Origin: Hydrolagus colliei
Lineage: Eukaryota
Length of the DNA stretch: 64,000 nt
Reading direction: 5' to 3'
NCBI GenBank assembly: GCA_035084275.1
Contig: CM068757.1
Coordinates: forward strand, 6,448,001-6,512,000
Of the stretch, positions 13,001 through 24,856 are shown one piece after another. Positions within the stretch are counted from its first letter, which is position 1. Every line of letters begins with the position of its first letter. Position numbers and translations under genes: made by a program. Below the pieces are notes generated by a model. That model was not told where the DNA came from. It ran no database searches and was given only the letters and a program-made list of their open reading frames with translations.

Positions 13001-15144
13001 CAAACCTTTGGGCTCTCTAATGTACATCAAACACAAGTATCATCTAACAGTTATAAGAGGAAGGAGAAAGGCCGATGGCATAGTAATACAACCACAATTT
13101 GCATTTATATAATGCTCTTCACATTGGGTAACGTCTCAGAAAACACTGTATAATGTAGTGGTGGGTCTGGACGCTGAGCAGAAAGCAATGGAAGGTATAG
13201 GTGCTAGGTAACCATAGATGTGCTCATAATACTACTGTATTGAATCCCTAGACACTGTGATATAGTCATGGCTCCTGCCAGGGATCATATGGAGAGCGAA
13301 TCTAAGTTAAAAGTGGGAGTTTAACCTACAAGAGGTTAAATCTACAGCAATGACTCCGACAATCTCACTGCTAAGAATTAATCTGACCTGAAAGTGCTTA
13401 AGGTCTGGAAACAGATGTGGAGAGATCAGACCAAGAACATGGTGGAGAAAGTGGCCACAGGCTGCACATCAAGTGAATTTCCTCAGTTGAATTCTTCATG
13501 TGCAGTTTTGTATTAATAACTCATCAATGAGTGCTTCTAACAACTTATACTGACATGGGCGTTACAGGGAAGTGAGAGATCTCTTGCTCTGCGTGTCTCT
13601 TCAGAACATGTAGCGTAATTGAAAAATTTTAGGTGGGTGCTCAGATCAGCAAAATGCACATATTTTCCCCCAGCACATCCTTACTCTCCCAGTACACTTA
13701 TCCACAACACGCTCTTAGACACAGAACTGTCTTTACTGATACATACTGAGATATATTCAGGGCTCATTTCAATGCACTATGGCAGGAAACAAGGGCAAAT
13801 AATGCATGAATTTAAATGCGGGCAAGTCCACATCTGGTTTGGGAGGTTTCCATTTAAGAATTAACAGGAAATGTGGCTCCTGTCTAAATCTAAATGCCAC
13901 GCAAGAATCTAAAAACTAATGCTAAAGTTTAACGCAGCATAGGTGAGGAGGTACCTTATCTATGAATAGTGCATGGTGTGCAAAACAGCAAAAACAAAAC
14001 ATGCAGTTAAAATCTAAACAGATGTCTCTACCCCTGTCCTATGCCTAAATATTTTAGTAGCAACTCGCCCAAGAATCTTTTAATAATGCCACTTTTAGAA
14101 GTTTGATGTTCGGTCAAGAGAGGAATGTCAGTGATGGATGTCAGTCCAGGACCGGTGTCAACATCGAGGGCGACAAGTTCAGCTATAACACAGCTCAAAC
14201 AAAGAAAGAGCAACTCCCTCTGCTCTGCCCTTCACTGAGGAGAGCACCACCTGTGTGTTTCAGTGTCATTCCTCTTTCTTAAATCATCCTTGCGGTGTCT
14301 TGGAGCAGCAATTACAACCAATTTCTGAGCAGTGCCACTGGGTACTGCATTAAAGCTGTCGAAACTCATTGTACATGAGACATTTTCAGCCATTAAAGAG
14401 ACTTAATCTCATTAGTCGGAACTAGACTGAACCCTGGGCTTTAACTCAAAGTGCCGCCTAGTTTTCTGGAATCATTTGCTAGTAACCTGCGAGGAAAATT
14501 AAATGGCAAGAAGGCAACAAAGCAGAAGTACAAACAATGTACAAAAAAAACCTTCTGATTGACAGGAAGCAGCTGCTCACTGCTGGGACCTGCTGGAACC
14601 TAAGTCAGTCACAATGTAATTATAGGGGGCCCACCTTCTCAGATCAAGCATGAACCTGTACATGTGTCAAACCAAGAAAGGTGGAAAAATAACTGTAACG
14701 TGATAATGGCCAAAATTCTTTAGCGGAAGAAATTTACGTGTAGAAAAGCAATGCCCAAGTAATAAAGGTTGTAAATGCAAATAAAGCACAGGACACAAAA
14801 ATTACGTGAACTGTTCCCATCATTAATATCTTCGGGTCAATGATCCATTTGTTCATTATTTATTCTATTCCTTTTCTTACTTTCACTGTTATTCGTGAGT
14901 ATTTTTTCTCGCATTCCTTTGTTGTCACTTGACCTCTTTACTACATATTTTTCCTCATTCCTTTGACATTGGTACTTCTATTTTACTTTCATATTCACCC
15001 ACTTATGACGGTTGCAACAGAAGGTCAGAGTGCCATCATCACAGAATGCTACTGGCAAAAAGCCTTTCAATTCAGCCGCACCTCTTGCTTCATGGTTAGC
15101 ATTGAGCAGTGGGTTGATGCTGGCCTTGAAAATAGTATAATATT

Positions 15145-15470
15145 ATAATAATAATAATCCTTGCATTTGATATAGTGCTTTTCACATCTTATTGACATCT
15201 CAAAGCGCTTCACAGAATATACTATAAAGTGAATTCACTGTATATTTGTGGGCGAAACGCAACAGCCAATTGCGCACAGCAGTGTCCCACAAACAATCGT
15301 GGGTTGAAATTACCAATTTTTATTATTGTGGTTTTTTTGGAGATGGATTATTATTAGGCGTGTGGAGTAAGGAAACTTGCCCAAGGTTTCGCCTTGGTCT
15401 GCCTGGATTCATATACACAGGTCTCACTCTTGTAAGGCGAGTGCTCTAACCGCTGAGCTACAGGAGCTCC
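15145..15470 (-). mobile_element. tRNA-derived SINE, full length, with probable 11-bp target-site duplication
   Basis: Complete head-to-tail copy. Flanks are AGTATAATATT (15134-15144) and AGTATAGTATT (15471-15481). Confidence 0.92.
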
Positions 15471-16334
15471 AGTATAGTATTGAAAGCCAAGGAGATATGC
15501 TCAATGGCCCTAACAGAGGAAGATCATAGGTCCGAGATAGAGCAAGCTCTACCCAAGTTAAGATGATCAAAGAATCTGCCTGGAAAGAAACACCCAGGAA
15601 TTAGACAGCAACAAAGATGGTTCATAGCACAAAAATGCAAATTTATGTGAAATATGCAACAAATATTAACTATTCCATTTTAAATATAGAGATGTCAAGC
15701 TGCTTCCAAAGCTGCTACCAAATTCCTTGTAGGAAATAATTTCAAGTCAACCATCTCAAAATGCTAATGCTGCTAAAATTAGTTACAGCAGAGCACATCA
15801 TATCACTACCTTGTATTCCTACAGTTTTTAATACTTTAGTTGGTATTCAAATAGTTGTGAGCGTAATATTTATTGAATTTAAATTTGAACCAGGATGATG
15901 ATGCACATTTTTTTTGTGTGTGATTCTTATTTTACTTTTCGGATAAGGTGAACATGACGTTAAGTTTCATATCCACACACCATCACATGATAGCAAGGTT
16001 CCAGCCCCATCCAGAGACTGACCTACCAAGGCTGAAATGCCCTCATTATGTAGCATAATTCATGGCCATTTTCTTCAGACATGGGAAACTCATAATATGG
16101 TTCACTGGTACCTAGGCGCTCCTTGATCTGTTCATTTCTAATAGTTATGCGTCTCTGTTTCCCAGGTTCCTTGGATGCCCCTGTTAACCCATAAGAAGCT
16201 GGATGCTTCTCTCACACTCCTCAACTAAAGTTCATTTGCGAGTATGATAAACAGTAGCCACCTCAGCACATATCCTGAGACACATCGTACTCATTAGTCA
16301 CAAATATCCAATTAGAACAATATGTATTTATAAG

Positions 16335-16720
16335 AATAATAATCCTTGTATTTGGTATAATTACTTGCCACATCGTTGAGACGATTCAGATGCTTCACAG
16401 AATATATTGTAAAGTGGATCGACTGTGTGTGTTTTGTGGGCAGCTAATTGTGCATAGCATTACAGTATTTCTATTATTATTCAACATTATTCCTTGTTCT
16501 CCAAATCTCCACCCAATGTGGGCATCTAGCTTCATTCATGCACACAGGCAGTGGCCATATAACTGTCTTATGACTTACCCCTTAAATGCTTTCTTTTAAA
16601 AAAAAGTTAAAATACTGTATATAGTGATAATAATTATTGCATTTGATTTAGTGCATTTCATGTCTTCCAGTTATCTCAAATCACTTCACAGAATATATTA
16701 TAAAGTGAATTGACTATCTG
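16335..16720 (-). mobile_element. Two SINE 3'-end fragments (about 16335-16465 and 16626-16720)
   Basis: Both contain ttg(c/t)atttg...cttcacagaatata..taaagtg, matching the SINE tail. Confidence 0.75.
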
Positions 16721-16721
16721 T

Positions 16722-16746
16722 CTATATATATATATATATATATATA
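16722..16746. repeat. (TA)n microsatellite
   Basis: Direct reading; abuts the 5' end of the L2 copy. Confidence 0.95.
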
Positions 16747-17638
16747 GACAACTTTTTGCAATTGAACGTGAGTAAGACCGAGGCCCTCCTGATTGGCTCA
16801 AGCCAGCGCCTCCGCACATTGGGCGCTGCCAGCCTCAACATCCAAGGCTGCACTCTCCACCTCACAAAGCCAATCAGGAACCTCGGCATCATGTTCGATC
16901 AAAAACTTTCCTTCCTCCCCCACATCCGCGCCTTGACCGGCACCGCTTATTTCCACCTGCGCAATATTGCCAGGCTCCGCAACTATCTCACCCCCCGCGC
17001 TGCCGAAACACTCGTGCACGCGTACATCACCTCACGGCTGGACTATGGAAACTCTCTCCTCGTCGGCCTCCCCAGTTCCTCCATTCACAGGCTGCAGGTC
17101 ATTCAAAACTCTGCAACCCGTGTACTATCCCGCACCCGCCTCCGCGACCACATAACCCCCACCCTCGCCCGTCTCCACTGGCTCCCCATCCTCCAGAGGA
17201 TCGAGTTCAAGATCCTCGTCCTCACCTATAAGGCCTTACACGGCCTTGCCCCGCCCTATTTAACCGATCTACTTTCCCCCTACAAGCCCACCCGGACCCT
17301 CCGTTCAACAGGACTTGGCCTGCTCCAAGCCCCCCGCCCGAACCGCCCCACCATCGGAGGCCGGGCCTTCAGTTTCTCCGCTCCCACCTTATGGAATGCC
17401 ATCCCTCAATTCCTCCGTCTCGTTTCTTCCCTTTCCTCTTTCAAGGCCGGTTTGAAGACTTTCCTCTTCGATCGTGCCTTTTGTTCCACCCCGAACTCTT
17501 CTACCTCCCCTTCGTGTTTCACCCCTTCCCAAACACTCCCCTCTCAGCTCGGGTCACACGCCTCCTGTGCAGTGCCTTGGGACGCCCTCCCGACGTGAAA
17601 GGCGCTCTATAAATGTAATTTGTTGTTGTTGTTGTTGT
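16747..17638 (+). mobile_element. Young 5'-truncated L2-clade LINE: C-terminal ORF2 region plus 3' tail
   Basis: Uninterrupted 280-aa ORF (LQLNVSKTE, RNLGIMFD, YITSRLDYGNSLL, HITPTLARLHWLP, RIEFKILVLTYKALHGLAPPYL, GGRAFS...LWN), all typical L2 motifs. CpG-rich; ends aaaggcgctctataaatgtaatt(tgt)n. Confidence 0.95.
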
Positions 17639-20099
17639 TTAATTATTTCCTTTCTAATAATAGTTTTGTGCGACAGATATCAACCTAATAGGCCTATGGG
17701 TAAAACGCTGCCTCAAAGTTTTTTTAAGATTAGAACATTAGGCTAACTCAATTTTCTGCTATGACCCTCTTCCCCAACGAGCAGTTGTCACAACAACCTT
17801 GCCCCTCCCATTCCTTTTAAGTGCTCATTCCGTCTGGACCATGTCCTGGCATCTTATAAATATTCAAACACTTAGCTTTTTAATGGCCGTTTCATGACTG
17901 ACCTCTTATTTTCTCCATGAACTTCTATGCATTTGTCATCTCCACAATCTCAAGAATGGGAGATCCACTAATGCATTCAATTCTAAAAGGCAGGTTGCCT
18001 CCTCAACTATTTCCTTCAAAGACCTGTTCCTCTCATTACTGTGATTTGGGATGTCATTGATTACAACAGGTCAGCTTGAGTGCAACCGCTGTAAATTCCA
18101 GCAGCAGAATTGCATTTCAGGCTCATCCTTAAAATCTAACCATTTGCTGCAGCTTAGCATAAGTTCTCTTTGCTTTCAGAATGCTCCCTGGTAAAGCTAC
18201 CTCTTAAGGCCATATGTCATCGGGAGCTTTTCTAAACTGACATTCACTCAAGACACTGGCCAATTCAGATTATCAAACAAGAAGGCTGAAAAGCAGACCA
18301 TTTACAATCAAAATAAATTGGCACAGCTTGCAAAGAGCAACGCTTATCTCAGCTGTGCTGTTTGAACACTAAACGTCTCCAAATGCCAAAAAGAAATGCT
18401 TTACTGTAAGAGATTGAGGCATAGTGACTTCACTGGGCTGACCTCAGCTCTCTGGTAACAGTTTAAATGTTTCTAATCTGTAAAAATTAACTCTTCCTTT
18501 CACTCAATCTTCTTGCATTAGGAAAGTTACAGGAATACCCAAGGAAAAAGATTTTCCTAAGCAGGTAGCATCAAACAAACCTCAATATGTAGTTTTATAC
18601 GTAAAATAAAATGACAAGGTGGAAGCGAAGAAGCCTGGTTTCTGGAATGGTAACATTTCTCTGCCCTCCAGACTCAGAAATTAGAGTATAATTTCCTTTG
18701 TCAAACCTGAATGGGGACAGAAAACCATCAAAGCAAACCTATACAGTAGCAGTTTGCGGTCCACAAAAGTCAAGGATCTATTATTAAAACTAATGTTTAA
18801 AAATTCAAAATGCTGAGTACATGCCTTTAACATTATTACAAATAAATGATGTTGCTCCCCTCTTTCAAACTTCTCCGTTGATTTAAAATCAAGTGGGATG
18901 CAATTAAAGTTCTTTTTGAGTGCTTTGAGATGTTCTCCCGACATACAACAGTATGTAATCGTCTATTGTATAGGATAACTAGTAAATAAGCCAAATTAAC
19001 ATATTGTCCCACTGAAACTCGCTTTCTTTTAACAACTAGAATGAAAATGGTCTGTAATCCAAGAAAATGCCTTTGCAAGGAGGTAGTTTGGTGCTAGGAT
19101 TAAAATCAGTGAAGTACTGTGTAAAGACATGCTTCTGTTTTTAATCTTTAAAAAGGTACAAGAGTAAGTGTTGCTGTAGACTTGAATGTGTGGGGGTTTC
19201 AGTTAAAAGTTGCACATTTGCAGTGCTTTCTGGACAAATAGACATTACATTGATATTCCGCATGCATATTGTGAATATTTCGAATGAAATTTGGGCAGGG
19301 CACCCTCCAAAAGAAAATTAGACTAACTTGTATTTTCATTTACAAGACTCTTGATGGAAGCAGAATATTGGTTGATAACAAGAGTCAGGCCAGCAGCATT
19401 CCTGAAACTATTCATGAAAGAGGCACAATGGCAATCACTGAATAGCTGGGACTGTGACCAGAGGTAGGCTGGAGTAAGGCAATCAGGGACAAGCCGAATG
19501 CAATCACAGGCTGGAGATTCACGTATATTGGCATCTGCTTGTGTGATGGAAAGGGTCGAAGGAGAAGATTGAATAGAGTTGATATAAGTAGTGGTCTGAT
19601 GTGTCCCATTCCACACAGTGGAGCACTCAATTAAATAAATAACAAACACACACTCGCTAGACACTGGCTATTTAATTGATCCAGGAATTTGTAGTTACCG
19701 GGTCGCTGGTGTCATACAAGTTCACATTGATTACATCTACACTTTTACACAAAGGCATTACAAATTATGCTTTCTTCATTAAAGTCTGCGTATGGATCTC
19801 GCCTTTGATTCCTCCCACCCCCACGTCGCAAAAAACATAGCGACAGTTACGTACGGATGACATTTAAAAAAACGTTTTAAAATGAATGCGCTGTGCAGCA
19901 TATTAAGAACCTTGAAGGAATATTCCAGGGTATCATCTTATTGTAACTCAAGGATGAGACTGAATAATACACTAGGCAAGTAATCCAGAAAACAACAAGT
20001 TGCCTGTCTTGCTAAAGAGAGTGGGATCTTCACAGCATCACCAAAGCTCAGCAAAAAATTGCAATAATACAGCAGTGTTCATGTCGTAGGACCACAGCT

Positions 20100-20490
20100 A
20101 AGGATTTGCACCCAAACTGGGGATTAGAATCAAGAAGGGTGGAGGATAGCGGCGTAGGACTGTGGCCAAAAGCACGATCAAAGAGGAAAGTCTTGAAATG
20201 GGATTTGAAGGAGGCAAGGGAGGTGGAGGGATTCTACAATTGAGTTCCAGAGGGTCAGGGCAATGATGCTGAAGCCCCCACTACCAATGGTGGGTAGGGA
20301 AAGCCGGGGGATGTGAAGCAGGCAGTGTCCGCTGAGCAGAAACAGCAACAAACAAAACTTACATTTATATAGTGCCTTTCACGTCGAGAGGACATCCCAA
20401 GGCGCTGAAAGGATAGTATGGTGGTAATAGGTCGCAGAGGTAGGGAGAAGCAAGGCTGTGGACAGTCACTGCCAATGGAAACCACCATTT
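20100..20490 (-). mobile_element. Decayed L2 3' region with a short L2 tail (about 20341-20410) nested inside
   Basis: Minus strand encodes HSLASPYLCDLLPPYYP, then an L2 terminal tail, then resumes (cccaccattggtagtgggggcttcagc...ctctggaactc...aagactttcctctttgatcgtgctttt), homologous to 17340-17485. Confidence 0.75.
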
Positions 20491-22221
20491 GTTACCATAC
20501 ATCATCCATCCCCAGGACCAGCCACAGCTGATGCTCACTGAAAAGCTGAACAGTTGGGAATGAACACCAAAATGAAGAATACTTTGTGACACAGATGATG
20601 GTCATAAACAGGGCTGCCACAAAGTGGAATCGTTTCACACGCTGGTGTTCGCTCCCTAGGATTACCCCCAATATTCTCTCCGCTCCTTCCCTTCACCCTT
20701 TAATATTAATTTTCTTCCAGTATGCATCCAGTGTCCTCATGATTAACTTTGCCAAAGAAGGTCAAAGGAAAAAAAGTTCAAGCTGTAATTTTTTTGTTGG
20801 CCCCCAAAAAAAGATGTTTATATACTATGTACATGACTATGGTGACTATGTTCTACGAGCTCCTGCATGTCTTTCTCCTGCAATGTTCTTTTAAGATAGT
20901 GCGTCAGTCCAATCAGTTTCTCACCCAATGGGTTTGTCAATATTTACAGGCCGCATTGAATGGGAAGAATGCATCCACAAAAGCAGAGAAATGTATACCT
21001 CACCACCGAGCCACATTAACAACATAATGTGAGCATTTCCGTGGAAAAAATGAGAACAGATGTAACGGCTTCATAATGATGAAACCTAACCTTGTTCTGA
21101 CCCGGACAACCTCGTGCAAGTCAGCTTATTATTTAAGCATTTAATGCGGATAACAATTATGTAAATAAATTAGCAGGGCACCAAGATCTCATTTCTGATG
21201 CCATCACATTAGAAGTCAAGAGCCGGATTCTCTCTCTCATGGGTGTGAGGAAGCAAGCGAGAAGTAAGAAACAAATCAACATTTTGCAGTTGTGGGGTCA
21301 AGGGAAGCATTTCAGTGCATCATGGTGCACTCTTTCCATTTGTTATGTGCTAACTTGCATTTAGCAAAGCTTAAAGCTGCAAATTACATACATCTGTTTA
21401 AAGGTTAATTAAGGTACATTACATTTCCAGGCAAAAATTTTAAATCTCATAAGGCTGTTTTGTTAGATACTTTTATATTGATTAAACAATCTATAAAGGA
21501 TATTAAAACCCTGTATTTGGCGCAATCTATAAATTATGCAAGAGTCATATCCAGTCTGATGTGCATGAATTTTTAAAATCTTTATTTGGCAAAAGGCCAA
21601 ACGCCTTTGTTTTGAAGAAACAACAGACAACTTCCCAACAAATATTTTTTCAAAGATCTAGCAAACTAGTTTTAAATAATCCTTGGGTTGAGATTTTGCC
21701 AGGTTTGTTATCTGAGAGGAGCATTTCGATTAGAAGAGTCACTGCAATTTAAAATGTGAAGCCATGTGTGCAATATAGATGGTTATTAGCGATCCAACAT
21801 AGCAAACTACTGGGTAAGGTTTTTTGGTTGGCTGATACTGATTACAGAGCCAGTATTAGAAACAAGACTAATATACCTAATACGACTGACATTGGTCCAT
21901 TCCTTTTCTTATTAGTTTCCCCTCATTCTCTTCTAGTGTGCTTATTCATGCATGGTTAGAACATGGAATGCAATTCAACAAAAATACATTCACATCCCTT
22001 CTTTGTTTCATTTAAAGAAATTGACAGGATGCCTGAGTGGGTAGAAAAGACACCTAGGTACTGGTCCAATCCATTTTGGCATATTTGGATTCAGCAGTTG
22101 GCAATAGGCGATTACTAGTGATGGGCTAATCAACAATAGGAGGCTTTATATGGGACTGTGATATAAGGTACTGTGCGTAATGAACGATGGACATTGTGGA
22201 AATACTACAGATCGGGGGGAT

Positions 22222-22310
22222 TAACAACAACAACAAAATTACATTTGTAGAGCACCTTTCATGTGGGGAGGACGTACCAAGGTGCTGAACAGTCAGGGGT
22301 CAGGACCCGA
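22222..22310 (-). mobile_element. L2 3'-terminal fragment
   Basis: Reverse complement ttcagcaccttggtacgtcctccccacatgaaaggtgctctacaaatgtaattt(tgt)n matches 17570-17638. Confidence 0.85.
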
Positions 22311-24509
22311 TCATGGGAGTCCTGACATAGGGAATGCAGCTATTGAGCATAAAGCAGCACTTAGCATCATCTTAGAACTAAGTTAACGTCCTCAGAAGCA
22401 GGTATGCTTAATCACCTCTGTTGCAGAGGGTTGAAGTGAAGGTGGAAAAATAAAATAGTTTGCTATTTCTTTTAAATATTGCGAAGCAGCAGTTTTTCTT
22501 CACAACATTCAAAATGATAGGAGCAAATCCCACATTTTAGCAAAGTGCTGGAAAGCTCATTTGGCAATATTTCTAAGATGAAAAACATTACAAAACTAAT
22601 TAGTTCATCATTTAAAAAAATGGATGAGCAAACTAGCCTCTAGAATGAATCAGTAGGGAAAAACGAACTTGTCTCACAATGGTCTAATCCCAGCTCACTT
22701 TCCCTATATAATGGTGTGTAATACAAGTTTCATGACAAGCCTGGGAAATGCCTTAAACTATGGCAGCCAGTTTCTGAAATCTGGTCAGCTGATTGAAAAA
22801 TATGCAAATCTAAAGCCTGTAAACTTAATAAATTAGTTTCATTCTGAAAGCTAGCTTCTGCATGGACAGGTAAAACTACTGCAGTGCATTGGAAGATTCT
22901 GAAAATTGTCTTGGGCTGGATATTCCTTTTCTGTACACTATCATACCACAATATGCATCAGATTGGTTCAGAGAATGACAGCTTCTCATCAAGCTCAAGC
23001 ACCAGTACACAAGAGAGGCTCTTAACACAGACATGTTGGACTTGCGGAACTCTCAATGATATCACTGCTTTAAACTAAAAATAATTGAAATAAAGAAATT
23101 CATTACTTGGGAATGATGCAGATAACACATTTGGGAATTTTAGAGTTGCTGAAACAAACATTAAAACCAAGCTAATATTGCAACTGAACATAAATTTATA
23201 AGTAGGCAATGACATGACAATATATGCAATGTAGAATAATAACACTGACAATGAAAGAATGCAGATTTTATTCCCATATGATCAACAACCTCAAAAAAAA
23301 CATTGTGATAGATTCACGTCAGCAGCTCTTTGGCACGAGTATATATATTTTTTGAGTATAGCAAATTAAGCCTTGGTTGGTGTAGAGTTTAAATATCAAA
23401 TAAATGGCTCTGAAGAGGCTTTATTACAGTCACAAAATTGGATTTTCATTTAAAGAAGGTAACATATCATAGCCGTCTATCCATTCATGTGTGTGAATAT
23501 TACCTAATCATTTAACAGGTCATACGAGGGATTGAGTTGCCATATATAACGATATTATTTGGGCGCCTTTCAAAGAACATCTGCATTCTAATGATTGTGG
23601 AGGCACTGAACGGTCATGAACCAGCTAGTGTGGAACAACCTCATTTAATTGGCACCTTAACTGACATGCTTTCATGTGTTCTGTAAATTCATTCACAGTG
23701 AAATTATGTCAGAAGTAGAAACCTGGCAGATTTTTCTTCCCTCACCCAGGAGGACTAGGACTAAATGAGATCAGCCAACTCACCACAGAGTGGGAGATGT
23801 ACTACACCTTTTGGGCTCTTTTGGCAGAGTTCCTTTACCCAATAGCCCATCAGAGAAGCTTGCCATTATTAAAAATAGCTGGCAGAGTTTCAGTGACATA
23901 CATGCACTCCACATTGTTCCAAGTTATCTTCCATTGCAGCTGCAATGTTTAAAGTTTAATGCACTGTATAAAGTTACTACAGTTTCTAAAACTCAACCTG
24001 AGATATAATTTTTTTAAAAGGATATTTAACAGCAACATGCTTCTCCCCACTCCCTGAGTCAGACTACTCCACAAGAAAGTACAATAGAACAAAGCCAGTC
24101 AGGTCATGAACTCTGTAACTGTGAGCCACAGCCCTATTCATATGAAAATGTTGTATCATCTAATTCGGAGTCCAGAATCAATTTACTCATTTATTGTTGA
24201 TTTTCGGTGAAATTATCCTTTTAAAAGGTCAGTCGAGTTGTATATTAAGTCAAGTCATTTTATCCATTTAACTTCAGCTGTGGTCTAATTTCAAAATTTG
24301 CCATTGTGAGGTCAGTATTTCTGAGAACAAATTTTGTACAAACCAATTTCCACAAACCTATTTTCATAAATTTGTCCACAATAGATTCCTTGCATCATAA
24401 ATCGCTTGCCAGTCACAACATTGCATTGAGCTATCTTTTCCCTTGACCATATTTAGCATGCTTTCATCTAAACATTACTTTTTTTTTTAATCATCAGATT
24501 CTAATCCCT

Positions 24510-24655
24510 TCATAGAACCATTGAATTATACAGTACACAAGTAGGCCATTCAGCCCATCATGTTTGTGCCAGCACTTTAAAAGAGATGCCAAATCAATCC
24601 CACTCACCCCAACTCTCTCCCCATAGCCCTGCAAACCTGTCCTCCCCAAATAACT
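24510..24655 (-). mobile_element. CR1-type LINE 3' end
   Basis: catagaaccattgaattatacagtacacaagtaggccattcagcccatc...ctctctccccatagccctgcaa is the typical reverse-complement CR1 terminus (TTCTATG tail). Confidence 0.7.
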
Positions 24656-24835
24656 AGCTAGCTGATGGGACAAATATTCCTGGGACAAATCAGAGGGCAA
24701 TCTGATATTGGCAACATTTTGGAACTAGGAATTAAGATGGCAAATAAATGCAGAAACAAATCAGCAGTGAAACTTGAAATCAAAACCACTGTGAAAAAAA
24801 ATCTTCTGGAAGGACATTATCAATGAAGCCTGCAA

Positions 24836-24856
24836 TTCAGCACCTTGGACAGCAGC
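24836..24856 (+). promoter_or_regulatory. RE1/NRSE (REST/NRSF) binding site
   Basis: TTCAGCACCTTGGACAGCAGC versus consensus TTCAGCACCnnGGACAGCGCC. Both half-sites and the 2-nt spacer are intact, and it sits in an intron of a neuronal kinase gene. Confidence 0.8.

Noticed and set aside
16756-17598. 280-aa ORF as a host gene
   Set aside because: It is the C-terminal part of an L2 ORF2, with no real start codon and no RT catalytic core.
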